Shown here: piece by piece, positions 24,827-36,329 of the stretch
Layout of the letters: every line of letters starts with the position of its first letter
How positions within the stretch are numbered: position 1 is the first letter of the stretch
DNA from: Sphyrna mokarran
Lineage: Eukaryota
Direction: 5' to 3'
NCBI GenBank assembly: GCA_024679065.1
Contig: JAGIQG010000043.1
Location: 1,302,001-1,366,000, forward strand
DNA length: 64,000 bases
Translations under genes and position numbers: made by a program
The notes under the pieces: model-generated
Told to the model about the DNA's origin: nothing
The model's database searches: none
The model's input: the letters and a program-made list of their open reading frames with translations, nothing else

Positions 24827-25583
24827 AATAGAACATAGAACATAGAACATTACAGCGCAGAACAGGCCCTTCGGACTTCGATGTTGCGCCGACCAATTAG
24901 GAAAAAGCAATGACCCTCTAACCTAAACCATTCCCTTTACGTCCATAAACTTATCTATTAACCTCTTAAACACCACCAAACTTGGCGCATCTACAACTGA
25001 CGCAAGCAGGACATTCCATAACCTTACCAGCCTCTGGGTAAAGAACCTACCTCTGACATCCGTCCTATTACCACCACCCCTTAATTTAAAGCTATATCCC
25101 CTCGTGCTAGGTTTCTCCATCCTAGGAAAAAGGCTATCACTGTCTACCCTATCTAAACCTCTAATCATCTTATATGTTTCAATAAGGTCTCCTCTGAGCC
25201 GCCTTCTTTCTAACGAAAACAACCTCAAATCCCTCAGCCTCTCTTCATAAGACCTGCCCTCCATACCAGGCAACATCCTGGTAAACCTGCTCTGTACCCT
25301 CTCCAATGCCTCCACATCTTTCTTATAATGTGGGGACTAGAACTGCACACAATACTCCAAGTGCGGCCGCACTAGAGTTTTGTACAGTTGCAACATGACG
25401 TTGCGGCTCCGAAATTCAATCCCCCTACCAATAAAAGCTAATACTCCATATGCCTTCTTAACAAACTTATCGACTTGACTGTCAACTTTCAGGGATCTAT
25501 GCACATATACATCAAGATCCCTGTGTTCATCAAAACTATTAAGAGTCCTACCATTAGCCCGAGATTCTGCACATTTGTTATTC
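24827..25583 (-). mobile_element. CR1 family 1, 3' fragment in gene B intron 3
   Basis: ORFs 24923-25315 and 25337-25675; tail. Confidence 0.92.
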
Positions 25584-26923
25584 AAATGGTGAGAATAGAG
25601 AAAAAAGAGAGGGAGTGATATGCAGGAAGTCGGCAAGCTGACTGTGAATAACAGATTATTATACATAAACAACATGAACCGAATAATAGAGGGAGAGAGA
25701 TGAATAACGCTAAGTTAAGCAAACGGACAGATACATCAAATGGTATGTGCTGCTTTGTTCAACTGTGATAGTTCGAAGTAGAGACGAAAGATTGTATCAG
25801 TCATTACATATAGGTATGATTTGATAACGTTATGCGATGAAAATGGAATCACACATTTCATTTCAACCCACGGCGTCATGGGCCACCGACTTCCAACCCT
25901 TTTCCAGATGCCGCTGGAACATGGCTGTTTCTTGCCAACTGCCCCCGGAATACCCATTACTTCTGTCATTGACTTTCGTGCTATTCTTTTAAAACTTAAC
26001 TCTAAATCTCTCATACTTCCTAGAAATCTTCATATACGACTGTAGTGTTGTATGTGGCATTATATGTTACATGATGCTGCTATTCCTTTCTTTCTCCCAC
26101 ATGTACGATGTAAATGGTAAATTTTGCCTGTGCACCGTGCAAGAAACAACACCTTTCACTCAATCCCATACATATGAGTGTAATAAATCAAATCTAAGAA
26201 CTCTACGAACGGTATGATTTTTGTTTGTATAAGAAAATATACTTTTCAATGTGGCTCAATAAATGGGACAATAACAAAATCAAATTAACTCAACTCTATG
26301 TACCCTGTCATGGTGTGTGTTTTTTTTGTTTCTGTGTCACGCGCATGAAACAATGCTTTTCACTGTATCTAAAAAACACATGAGAATAATAGATAAAATC
26401 TATGCACTCTGTGAACTTTATGTCTTATCGGCACAGCGCAAGAAAATGTGTTTTTTCACTGCATCCCAAATACATATGACAATAATCAAAGCAAAGCGAA
26501 TCCATGTGTTCTATCAGTGGTATGTTTTGTCTTTGTAATGCGCTTAGATCAAAATGTTTCACTGTATCCCATTACATGTGAAAATAATAAGTGATCCCAT
26601 ATCAACACGGTGGAGCCATACATAGAAATGGGAAATTGGAGCAGGGAGAAGGCAGTCCACTTTTCGATGCTTCTCTGGCAATTTATACAAATGGCTAATT
26701 CTATCTCAATACTAAACAAGAACAGTTCTCTGATAAAGGGCAGATTAAATTTTCAACAGACTGAACTCTAACCAAATGAGAGATTTGAGACAGTCAAAAA
26801 TGTTTTGGATTTACGTAGAAATACAGTGGAGAAAGGGGCATGTTATTCCATTAGACAGCTCTGCGGAAAGCCTGTCATTCGCATTAAATCGGTGGGATCT
26901 ATTAAGACATTGTGAATAGCTAC

Positions 26924-27229
26924 CTTTCTGAGATGAGACACTTTTGCTGAAAATACTTTCTTCAGAGTTGATCTGAAGGGCGCAAGTGCAGCGAGCGCCG
27001 CTTCTCCAAGTTTCCGCCGGGGGACTGATGTAACTGCTGAAGGTGTAGGTGCCGTCCGGTTCTATTGCCCCCGAATCGGTCAGTCCCGCGGTATCCCGCC
27101 CAGAAACATCCCAGCGGACGGAAATGGAGTCAGGGGACAATCCTCTGATCAAACACAGCAACGGGACCCTTTCCATGACGGGAATCTGATGCTGCGGTGG
27201 GGTGAGGAGGGTTACGGTGGGAGAATCCG
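26924..27229 (-). CDS. Gene B exon 3, Ig C1-set domain
   Basis: PTVTLLTPP, LLCLIRGLSPDSISVRW, DGTYTFSSYI, WRSGARCTCAL; phase 1-1. Confidence 0.9.
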
Positions 27230-27330
27230 CTGTATCCGGCGAAACAGAGAGAGCCCATTAACAGATAGAACAGGACGCGTTTCAATTGGTATTGAAATGT
27301 TTACTTCAATGGAAGAATGACAAAAATTAC

Positions 27331-27669
27331 CTCTAATTATTAACTTGGATCCATTTCCGAATACCAGTTTTCCCTTGTTGAAATGGCGGATTGCACAGTA
27401 ATACACCCCAGAATCGTTTCTCCGCGTATCTGTAATCAGCAGTGAATATTTAGCCACTGTTTCAGAATTCATTTTTGACAAGGTTTTGTATTCCTCGACG
27501 TACTTGTCATGAATGGGAATCAATTTTATTTTGTTTTGCTGCGATTGCGTGTACCAATAGACTCTAGTAGCTCCTGACTCCCAGATATAGCAGTTCAGCT
27601 TAACAGGGCTCCCCTCCTGAAGTGTCTCAACCGATGGAGACTGGGACAAGATAGAATGAGATAATATGA
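27331..27669 (-). CDS. Gene B exon 2, Ig V-set domain with germline-joined J motif
   Basis: LSQSP, EGSPVKLNC, VYWY, LLITDTRRNDSGVYYC and KLVFGNGSKLII in one 339-nt phase 1-1 exon. Confidence 0.92.
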
Positions 27670-28056
27670 CTGAGAAGGAGAGAGAGAAAGAACAAGAGTC
27701 ATTACAAGTTTTCATGCCTGAAAACAGCCTTCGTCAAATAAATACCAATGTAGTGACAAATCGAGAAACAACGACAAAAAAGACGAGGTGCCCAGCTCAG
27801 GAACAATTAAATTGCGCTCACTATTGTGTTGTTTGCGCTGTTTTCTTCAGTGAGCAAACTAAGACTATTCACCAGAAAATCTATTGTAGACATTTAAGTT
27901 CATATATGGGAAGAGTAAGGATTAAATACATTGAAGTACTTCAGAATACACTGCTATTTTGTCCCATCCAACACATGTTGACCTTTTTTTTTCTCTGCTG
28001 ACTTCGGACTCTTGACTTTTCTTCAAGTCCTTAGAATGTCAGTTAAAAGACTACAA

Positions 28057-28622
28057 CAGGGTGGTTCGGGAGTGGAATGCCCTGCCTGCAGCAGTTGTAG
28101 ATGCACCAAGTTTGGTGGCGTTTAAGAGGTTAGTTGATAAGTATATGGAAGAGAAGGAAATGGTTTAGTTTGGAGGGGCATTGCTTTTTATATTGGTCGG
28201 CGCAACATGATCTATGTTCTTAACACCGACCCACTCCACAATAGTGTGAATGAAGCCAACTGAATTACTTGATAACAATGACCTGGACCATCTGATGGGC
28301 AACACGACAGCTCAGTGACTATCTCTCTGCTGTGTAGATACATGGATTTGGGCCTGCGTCTGTGGGAGTTTGCGCATTCTCCCCGTACTTGCGTGGGTTT
28401 TCTCCAGGCTCTCCGGTTTCCACCCACATCCCAAAGATGTGATCTTAGGCTAATTGGCGAAACAAATTCTCCCTAAATTGTCTCAAATTTGGTTTTAAAT
28501 CCACAGATCTGTAAACATGGACAGGGATCGCGGGTAGAGGTGGGGACATCGGGGTGGCGGCGTGGGCTCGTTGGGGCGAAGGGCCTGTTTCCCGTGCTGC
28601 TTTGTTCTTTGTTCTTTGTTGA
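28057..28622 (+). mobile_element. Short CR1 family 1 end (28057-28210) and family 2 3' UTR/V-SINE tail (28280-28622)
   Basis: Matches the other copies; (GTTCTTT)n tail. Confidence 0.8.
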
Positions 28623-28867
28623 CATGACAATACGTTTCAATTTCTATGCAATTCATTGATAGTTACATTGCATTTTCCATTGGGTTGCAGGGTCAATGTC
28701 AGTCTACTAGCAATACTAATAAATAAACTTTAATACATTTGTGGTTAAGTAAATCTTGCATGCTGAGTTTCATCTTACAGTTCTGCACGTCTGGAATGGA
28801 GACCATTCCGGTCCCTCGTGTCGGACCTTTGAAAGACTTATCCAATTATCCAAGACTTATCCAAAAA

Positions 28868-30223
28868 GACAATACAAAGATGGCTGGACTTGCGGATAGT
28901 GAGGAGCATTGTCAGGCGATGCAGCAGAACATAGATAGGCTGGTAGCTTGGGCAGACAGATGGCAGATGGAATTCAATCCTGATAAATGTGAGGTGATGC
29001 ATTTCGGGAGAAAGAATGTAGGGGGGAGGTATATGATAAAAGGTAGACCTATTAAGAGTGTAGGAACGCAGAGAGACCTGGGGGTGCAGGTGAACAAGTC
29101 TCTGAAGTGGCAAAGCAAGTGGAGAAGTTTGTGAAGAAAGCATATAGTATGCTAGCCTTTATAGGAAGGGTTATAGAGTACGAGAGGTGGCCTTTAATTT
29201 TGCAGATGTATAAAACGCTGGTTGGACCTCATTTGGAATACTGTGTCCAGTTCTGGTCGCCTTACTACCGGAAGGACGTGGAGACTCTGGAGGCAGTGCA
29301 GAGGAGGTTTACCAGGATGCTGCCTGGTATGGAAGGTCTGACTTACGAGGTGAGATTAGGCAAATTGGGACTGTTTTCCTTAGAAAGATGTAGACTTAGA
29401 GGAGATCTGATAGAGATGTACACGATTTTGTAGGGGATAGATAGAGTAAACAGGGCTAAGCTTTTCCCGAGGATGTACTCAAATAGCACGAGAGGTCACG
29501 GGCTTCGGGTGAGGGGGGTAAGGTATAATTTGGATGCTAGAGGGAGGTTTTTTACACAGAGGGTGGTGGAGGTATGGAATGCGCTGCCAAGTAAATTGGT
29601 GGCGGCAGGTACTCTGGAGATATTTAAGAAATACTTAGATGGGCACATGAACAGAATGGGAATGGAGAGGTATAAAAAACTGATTTAAAATAGGGATCAT
29701 GAGCCTTGGGAGTCGCTGGGAAGTGTGTAAATAGATGATGATATTGATGTACTTGTTTTTATCTTACAGGTGCTTTGGTCCACCTTGTTGTCTAACGAGG
29801 GGCATACACGCGATGGGTCGCGAGAGGACTGCTCTTGGACCTTTTTAAAGAGTATCCTACTGCTTCACATCGTTAGTGTATGCTTGACCTGGACCATCTG
29901 ATGGGCAACACGACAGCGCAGTGACTATAGCAGTGCTGTGCAGATACGTGGATTTGGGCCTGTGTCTATGGGAGTTTGCACATTCTCCCCGTGCTTGCGT
30001 GGGTTTTCTCCAGGAGCTCCGGTTTCCTCCCACATCCCAAAGATGTGCTCTTAGGCTAATTGGCAAAACAATTTCTCCCTAAATTGTATTAAATTTGGTT
30101 TTCAATTCATAGATCTATAAACATGGACAGGGATCGCGTGTAGAAGTGGGAACATCGAGGTGGCGGCGCGGGTCGTTGGGCGAAGGGCTTGTTTCCCGTG
30201 TTGTTTTGTTCTTTGTTCTTTGT
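28868..30223 (+). mobile_element. CR1 family 2, RT C-terminus and long 3' UTR
   Basis: WADRWQMEFNPDKC, HLEYCVQFWSP; UTR with V-SINE core; (GTTCTTT)n tail. Confidence 0.9.
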
Positions 30224-30539
30224 TCAATTGGTCACTCTCCCTCTTCTTTCCCATAATATCACAACTAATCTTGGTCCCTTGATTCATTTCTCCAATCCCC
30301 CAATTTTTAACGTTTCTATTGACTCTGCTTTCACCACCTTTCAGAAAGGACGTCCAGATGATAACAACTCAATGCATTAAAGAAAAATGCGTTCAGTACC
30401 CCGTCCTTACAATTACCGATCATCTTCCACATTTTTTTTCCTGCGGTTAGTAACTAAACTGGAATTGGAAACTGTTCACTGTTAATGAGCAAATTTAAAT
30501 TCTTCTCCACTCTATCTGAATATAATGAGGATATCTCAC

Positions 30540-30582
30540 CTTGGAACAGATGGAAGAATGCACAGATGCCGAGGAAACTCAT
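30540..30582 (-). CDS. Gene B exon 1, signal peptide (MSFLGICAFFHLFQ)
   Basis: gcaATGa start, 43 nt, phase-1 GTGAGA donor; conserved paralogue at 41847-41805. Confidence 0.8.
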
Positions 30583-30659
30583 TGCCCTTGACCCAAACGG
30601 CGAGACTCTGAGTCCCCGGTCCGAATCTCACTGAAAACTCGCTCCTTTTCTCTCTGTGT

Positions 30660-30760
30660 GAGGGCGTGTGAAATTTCCGTCCTGTGTGTGTTAATAACAT
30701 GCGATTGTGGTTGAAAAATTGCACCAAGGCAGACAGCTGTCTGTCGTTTTCCTGTTTATT
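30660..30760 (-). promoter_or_regulatory. Putative gene B promoter with RUNX-, E-box- and ETS-like sites
   Basis: TGTGGTT 30706-30712, CAGCTG 30734-30739, TTCCTG 30749-30754, 120-170 nt upstream of the ATG; short motifs only. Confidence 0.35.
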
Positions 30761-31057
30761 AATTGTCAATGTGCTGGCGTAGCTGAACATGCTTTGCTAA
30801 ATACCATAGGTATCTACTCAGAGTAGTTAAGATAAAATTGGAGAGCAAAGCACGGTTCTTCAAAATCCGGTGAGGTTAAAGAAACAATAGGAACGTTACT
30901 CTAAGGATTTCCCAAATGTTCTAGCAAAACTGATAGCTCCAAAATATCAGGGAATATTGAATAGAGTGAAGCCAGTTTCTGTAAAACAAGTGGAGATTGA
31001 GGCTTGACAGGAAATAGATGCTGCAAGTATGAAATTGTTGAAAGGACACATGTTGAA

Positions 31058-32020
31058 AGGCCCCTGCTGTTTGTAATTTTTATAAATGATCTGGAAAAGG
31101 GTATTGAGGGATGGATCAGTAAATTTGCAGATGATACTAAAGTTGGTGGAGTGGTAGATAGTGAAGAGGGGTGTTGTAGTTTACAGAGTGACTTGGACAA
31201 ATTGCAGAGCTGGGCCGAGAGGTGGCAAATGGAGTTTAATGTGGAAAAGTGTGAGGTAATTCACTTTGGTAGGAACAATAAATGTGTAGAGTATAGGGCT
31301 AATGGTAGGGCTCTTAATAGTGTTGAGGAACAGAAGGATCTTGGTGTATGTGTCAATAGATCCCTGAAAGTAGGCAGTCAAGTGGATAAAGTTGTTAAGA
31401 AGGCATATGGAGTCTTAGCTTTTATTGGCAGGGAGATTGAATTTAGGAGCCGCAGCATCATGTTGCAACTGTACAAAACTCTAGTGCGGCCGCACTTGGA
31501 GTATTGTGTGCAGTTCTGGTCCCCACATTATAAGAAAGATGTGGAGGCATTGGAGAGGGTACAGAGGAGGTTTACCAGGATGTTGCCTGGTATGGAGGGC
31601 AGGTCCTATGAAGAGAGGTTGAAGGATTTGAGGTTGTTTTCGTTAGAAAGGAGGCGGCTAAGAGGGGATCTTATTGAAGCATATAAGATGATTAGAGGTT
31701 TAGATAGGGTGGACAGTGATAGCCTTTTTCCTAGGATGGAGAAAGCTAGCACGAGGGGACACAGCTTTAAATTAAGGGGTATGAGTTATAGGACGGATAT
31801 CAGAGGTAGGTTCTTTACTCAAAGAGTGATTAGGGAGTGGAATGCCCTGCCTGCAGCTGTTGTAGATGCGCCAAGTTTGGTGGCGTTTAAGAGGTTAGTT
31901 GATAAGTATATGGAAGAGAAGGGAATGGTTTAGTTTGGAGGGGCATTGCTTTTTATTTTGGTCGGCACAACATCGAAGGCCGAAGGGCCTGTTCTGTGCT
32001 GTAATGTTCTATGTTCTATG
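31058..32020 (+). mobile_element. CR1 family 1, 3' half
   Basis: ORF 31004-31933 with KFADD; absent from the paralogous site near 42300. Confidence 0.95.
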
Positions 32021-32481
32021 TATGATTTCAAATGAATTGGTCACCTGTTTAAAATAGCGATTAATAAATGTAATTGCGAACTCAGAGATTGGGTGAAATA
32101 TGATCTGATTTAATGTAAATGTACTTGATTTATTATTGTCCCATGTATTAGGAACAAGTGCATAATATTGTTTCCTGCCCGCTATACAAAAAAAACCATA
32201 AAATATCCATCGAGTTCACACATTTGTTTTAATTTTGTCACAGGTATTGATGATGGCACGTTGATGGTGGCACGGTCTCAGAATGGTTACCACTGTTGCC
32301 TGGCAGTTGCAGTGACCTGGGTTCGATTCCCAGCAGGGGTCACTGTCTGTGTGGAATTTGAACATTTGTCTCTGTACCTGCGTGGGTTCGCTCTACGTGC
32401 ACTGCATTTCTCCCACAGTCCAAGAATGTGCCGGTTAGCTGGATTGGCCATATTAATTTCTCCCTGGTGATAAGCAGACTT

Positions 32482-33040
32482 GATGTAGAGATGCCGGCAT
32501 TGGACTGGGGTAAACTCAGTAAAGTTTCACAACACCAATTTTAAATCCAGCCAATTTATTTGATAGTAAATTCGCCAGCTTTCGACACTATGTGCCATCG
32601 TCAGGCAAATGCAGTTTTCTGGTCTGCAATAGCACTCATATCAACACAGACAGTCATAGATTGCTGATCAGAATGCGAATCCTTACATCTAACCTACTAT
32701 TCAAGTGTTAAAGTGGCTAACTATGTGTGTGAAGGGAATCCTGAGCATTGGTTAGAGGATTGTGTATTTTCTGCAGACAGCACAGTAAGCGAGGTTTTTT
32801 GCTAACCGAGGCAAGTTACAAGGGTTTACAGATAGTGTGTCATGAAGCCAAGATCCCTATTAAGACTGTCCTCATGTGTGTGGAACTTGGCTATCAGTCT
32901 CTGCTCAGCGACTCTACGCTGTTGTGTGTCCCAAAGGCCCCCTTGAAGAACATTTACCCGCAGGTCGGAGGCCGAATGCCCATGACTGCTGAAGTGTTCG
33001 CCCACAGGAAGGGAACTGTTTTGCCCGGTGACTTGCCAGA
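32482..33040 (-). mobile_element. Penelope-like retroelement 3' end (GIY-YIG C-terminus and terminal region)
   Basis: LPVGEHFSSHGHS...RRVAEQRLIAKFHTHEDSLNRD; hammerhead-like core downstream. Confidence 0.8.
32570..32610 (-). ncRNA. Degenerate minimal type I hammerhead ribozyme motif
   Basis: atttgc CTGACGA t ggcac ata gtgtc GAAA gct g gcgaat: stems I and II pair; cleavage-site base is G. Confidence 0.6.
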
Positions 33041-33989
33041 GTAAATAAATGGGATTTCGGGGATAGGGCCTTGGTGGGATGTGGGCCGTGCGCACTCGAT
33101 GGACCGAAAGGCCTCCTTTTGCACTGCAGGGGCTCGATCATCTGTATTCTGTGATCTATGGTCTGATTTCATTCATTATTATCACGTGTATTGGTATGCA
33201 CTGAAACGTGTTTATTTTTCTCATGCTTTATATGGACAAAACTAGCCGTTCATAGAATACATGGGGGAGAAGGAAATGAAAGGATGCAGGATAAACTTTT
33301 CCAGTATGGCTCAGGTGTAGAGAAAGATCAGCTTAATATATGGTAGGCGCATCCAAAACCCTGTTGGCAGGCCAGCAGGGAAGATGCTGTTTCGGAGACT
33401 GTTGATACGTGGTTTCAGAATTTTCTATTGTATTATCCGCAGCAAAAAGTTGGAAGAATGTGGAACACACTAGAACAGGAAATGAGTGAGATGAATGTCA
33501 TAAATGAATTCAAAGGAAAAGTAGGGGGGAGGCAGCAGGGAGAAAAAAGAAAGAAGGCTGTGTTGATGGGGTGATAGGAAGAGGCATTATGATGAGGCAC
33601 GTATGGAATATTAACTACTGCAATAACTGATGGGACGAATGATCCCCTTCTGTGTTTTGCATCTTATGCATTGTGATATATGAATATGTACAAGGCCTAC
33701 TAAACATAAACCAAGAGGTATCCCAAACAATTTAGGAAGAAATTTTATTTTTGGGGATTTATTATCGTGCTTGATGTAACAAATGCATTCTGCAAAACAC
33801 AATGCACTGAGTTTTTAATTAGTTCTGTTTTCGTGAGGGATGTTCTTTTTGCTTCCAGATGAGATTTCGATCGATTGTGTTTTGGCTTTGTTAAGCTTTT
33901 TGCTATCTGTGGAGAGTCAGTAGTTTGTGTTGATGTCTGGAGTTCAAATAAATCCAAATTTCTTGATTATTGAGCCCATTGGGAAGGAG

Positions 33990-35550
33990 GAAAGCCAGAA
34001 GACCATACGGCATGGGAGCAGAGTTCGGCTTTCGGCCCATTGAGGCTGCCCCGCCATTCATTCTTGTTTCATCCCCATTCTCCTGCCTAATCCTCTTATT
34101 AATCAAGAACCAATCTGTTTCTGTCTTCAAGGAACTCAACGACCCGAGCCTTCTGCGGGAAATAGTTCTACAGATTCACAATTCTCCAGCTGAAGAAATT
34201 AGTCAACATCTCTGATCGAAGGTATCAGTCCTTCAGTCGGAGGTCTGGTTCTAGCTTTCCTACTATTGGAAACATCGTGCCCACATCAACTCTACACCGG
34301 CCTCCCAATATCCTCTAAGTTCCAAAAAGATAGATCATAGAATTTAGAACATTACAGCACAATACAGGCCCTTCAGCCCTCGATGTTGCGCTGACCAATG
34401 AAACTAATTTTATGACCCTCTAACCTAAACTAGTCCAATGTTATCCATATGCCTATCCACTGACCATTTAAACGGCCTTAATCTTGGCGAGTTCACAACT
34501 GCTGCAGGGATCATCCCTCATCCTTCTGAACTCCAACGAGTTCACACCTAGAGTCCTCAGCATTTCCTCATAGCACAAGCTTATTATTCCAGGGATAATT
34601 CGCATGAAACTCCTCTGGAACCTTTGTAAGACAGCATATCCTTCCTTAAATATGGGACCAACAATGCTCACAATACTCCAAAAATGGTCAGACCACAGCC
34701 ATATCCAGCCTCAGAAGTGCATCAGTGATCTTGTATTTTATCCCACTCGAAATAAACACTAACAATTCTTTTGCCTTCCTGACTATCAAATGAACCTGCA
34801 CGTTAACCCTAAAAAAACCTTGAAAAAGGACTGTCAAAGCTCGTGTTCTTTTTTTCTGATTTCTGAAGCGTTTCCTCACTTACATAATAGCCTCTGCCTC
34901 CATTCCTCCTTCCAAAGTGCATAACGGCACATTTTGTCACATTGTATTCCAATCACCGCTTCTTTTGCCACTCTCTCAACCAATCCAAGTCATTCGGCAG
35001 CTCTCTTCCCCCGCTTCCTCCATACTACTTGCCCCTCTACATATCTTTGTATCCTCTGCAAACTTAACAACAGTGCCTTCAGATCCTTCTTCCAAATCGT
35101 TAATGTATGTTGTGAAAATTTGTGATGCCAGCACCGATCTCTGAGGCACACCATTAGTCACCGGCTGCCATCCTGAAAAAAGTTCCTTTCATACTCAATC
35201 TCTGCCTTCTGCCATCCAGCCAGTCTTCTATCCATGCAAAGATGTTACTCTATCACTCAGCCAGTTGAAAAATTCGCTGGGTCCCATGAGCTGTTATTTT
35301 CTTCAACAGCCTCTCATGTGAACCGTTTCAAAATCCTTATTGAAATCCATGTCACTGCCCGCGACTACTTACCTAGTCACCTCCTCAAATTAAAACAGTC
35401 GAAGTCGCGTGGCATAATTTCCCGTTGAGAGAAAAAAATATGCTGAGAACCCTTTTCTTAATCCTAACCTCCCCAAATGGAAATTAGTTCCGTCACTCAT
35501 ACTTTTTCCCTCCAGTTTCCTTACCAAAAGAGCTCGGCTCAATAGTCTGT
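33990..35550 (-). mobile_element. Old fragmented CR1 with a younger CR1 tail inserted at about 34335-34510
   Basis: GVPQRSVLA..YINDLEEG..KFAEDTK in ORF 34976-35161. Confidence 0.75.
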
Positions 35551-36329
35551 ATTCTTTCATTCTTCTCCGGACAATAACATCTGTTTTGTCGACCAGCACC
35601 GAACATGTTTTTTTTTATTAATTCCCTTTTCCATACTGAAGTTCCAGATCAGTGAGCTTGGTGTATTCAAATATTATTGAGTGACTTTAAACCACATCAG
35701 GAGCAATAAAGCTTCACAATGTCCTGTTAAATTCCATTTTCACCTTCAAATATTTGGTTTTGCTTATCCTAAGCTGTTTTCGTTCCAAGAACGAGAGAAG
35801 TTTCAGCCATTTCGAGGGAAATGTGATGTTGAAAACACAAAATCAGTTTAATGTGAATCCCTCATTCTCCAGTCAAATATCACTTTGTACTTTTAAAGTC
35901 ATTTTGTAATATTTATGTTGACCGCCTATGAAAGAAATGTACTTGACAATATTCGCTGGAAACATTTGCACTGAAGAGATACAGCGCCACCTATGGACAA
36001 ATTCATATTTGCACGAGGGCCATGAGAAAGGAGGTCAGGAAACATTTGGTAAGATTGACTGAAGTGTTTGTCATTTGGGAGCCAGATGTTATACCTCAAT
36101 AATATATTCCCCGTGATTTTAGTTCGCTTGAATTCTGGGCCAAGATTTAGCACTTCTGCCTCACAGCGTCAAGAATCCAGGTTTGATCCCCTACTTGGGT
36201 CACTGTCTGTGTCAGTGTTTTCTCTGGGTGCTCCCGTTCTCTTCAACAGTCGAAATATCAGGTGAATTGGCTATGCAAATTCTCTCTCAGTTAATGCGAA
36301 TAATTGTCGGAGTATGGTGAGTCACAGCT

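Noticed and set aside
27393-27402. TACTGTG cryptic heptamer at the end of gene B V
   Set aside because: Explained by the YYCA codons; no partner segments present
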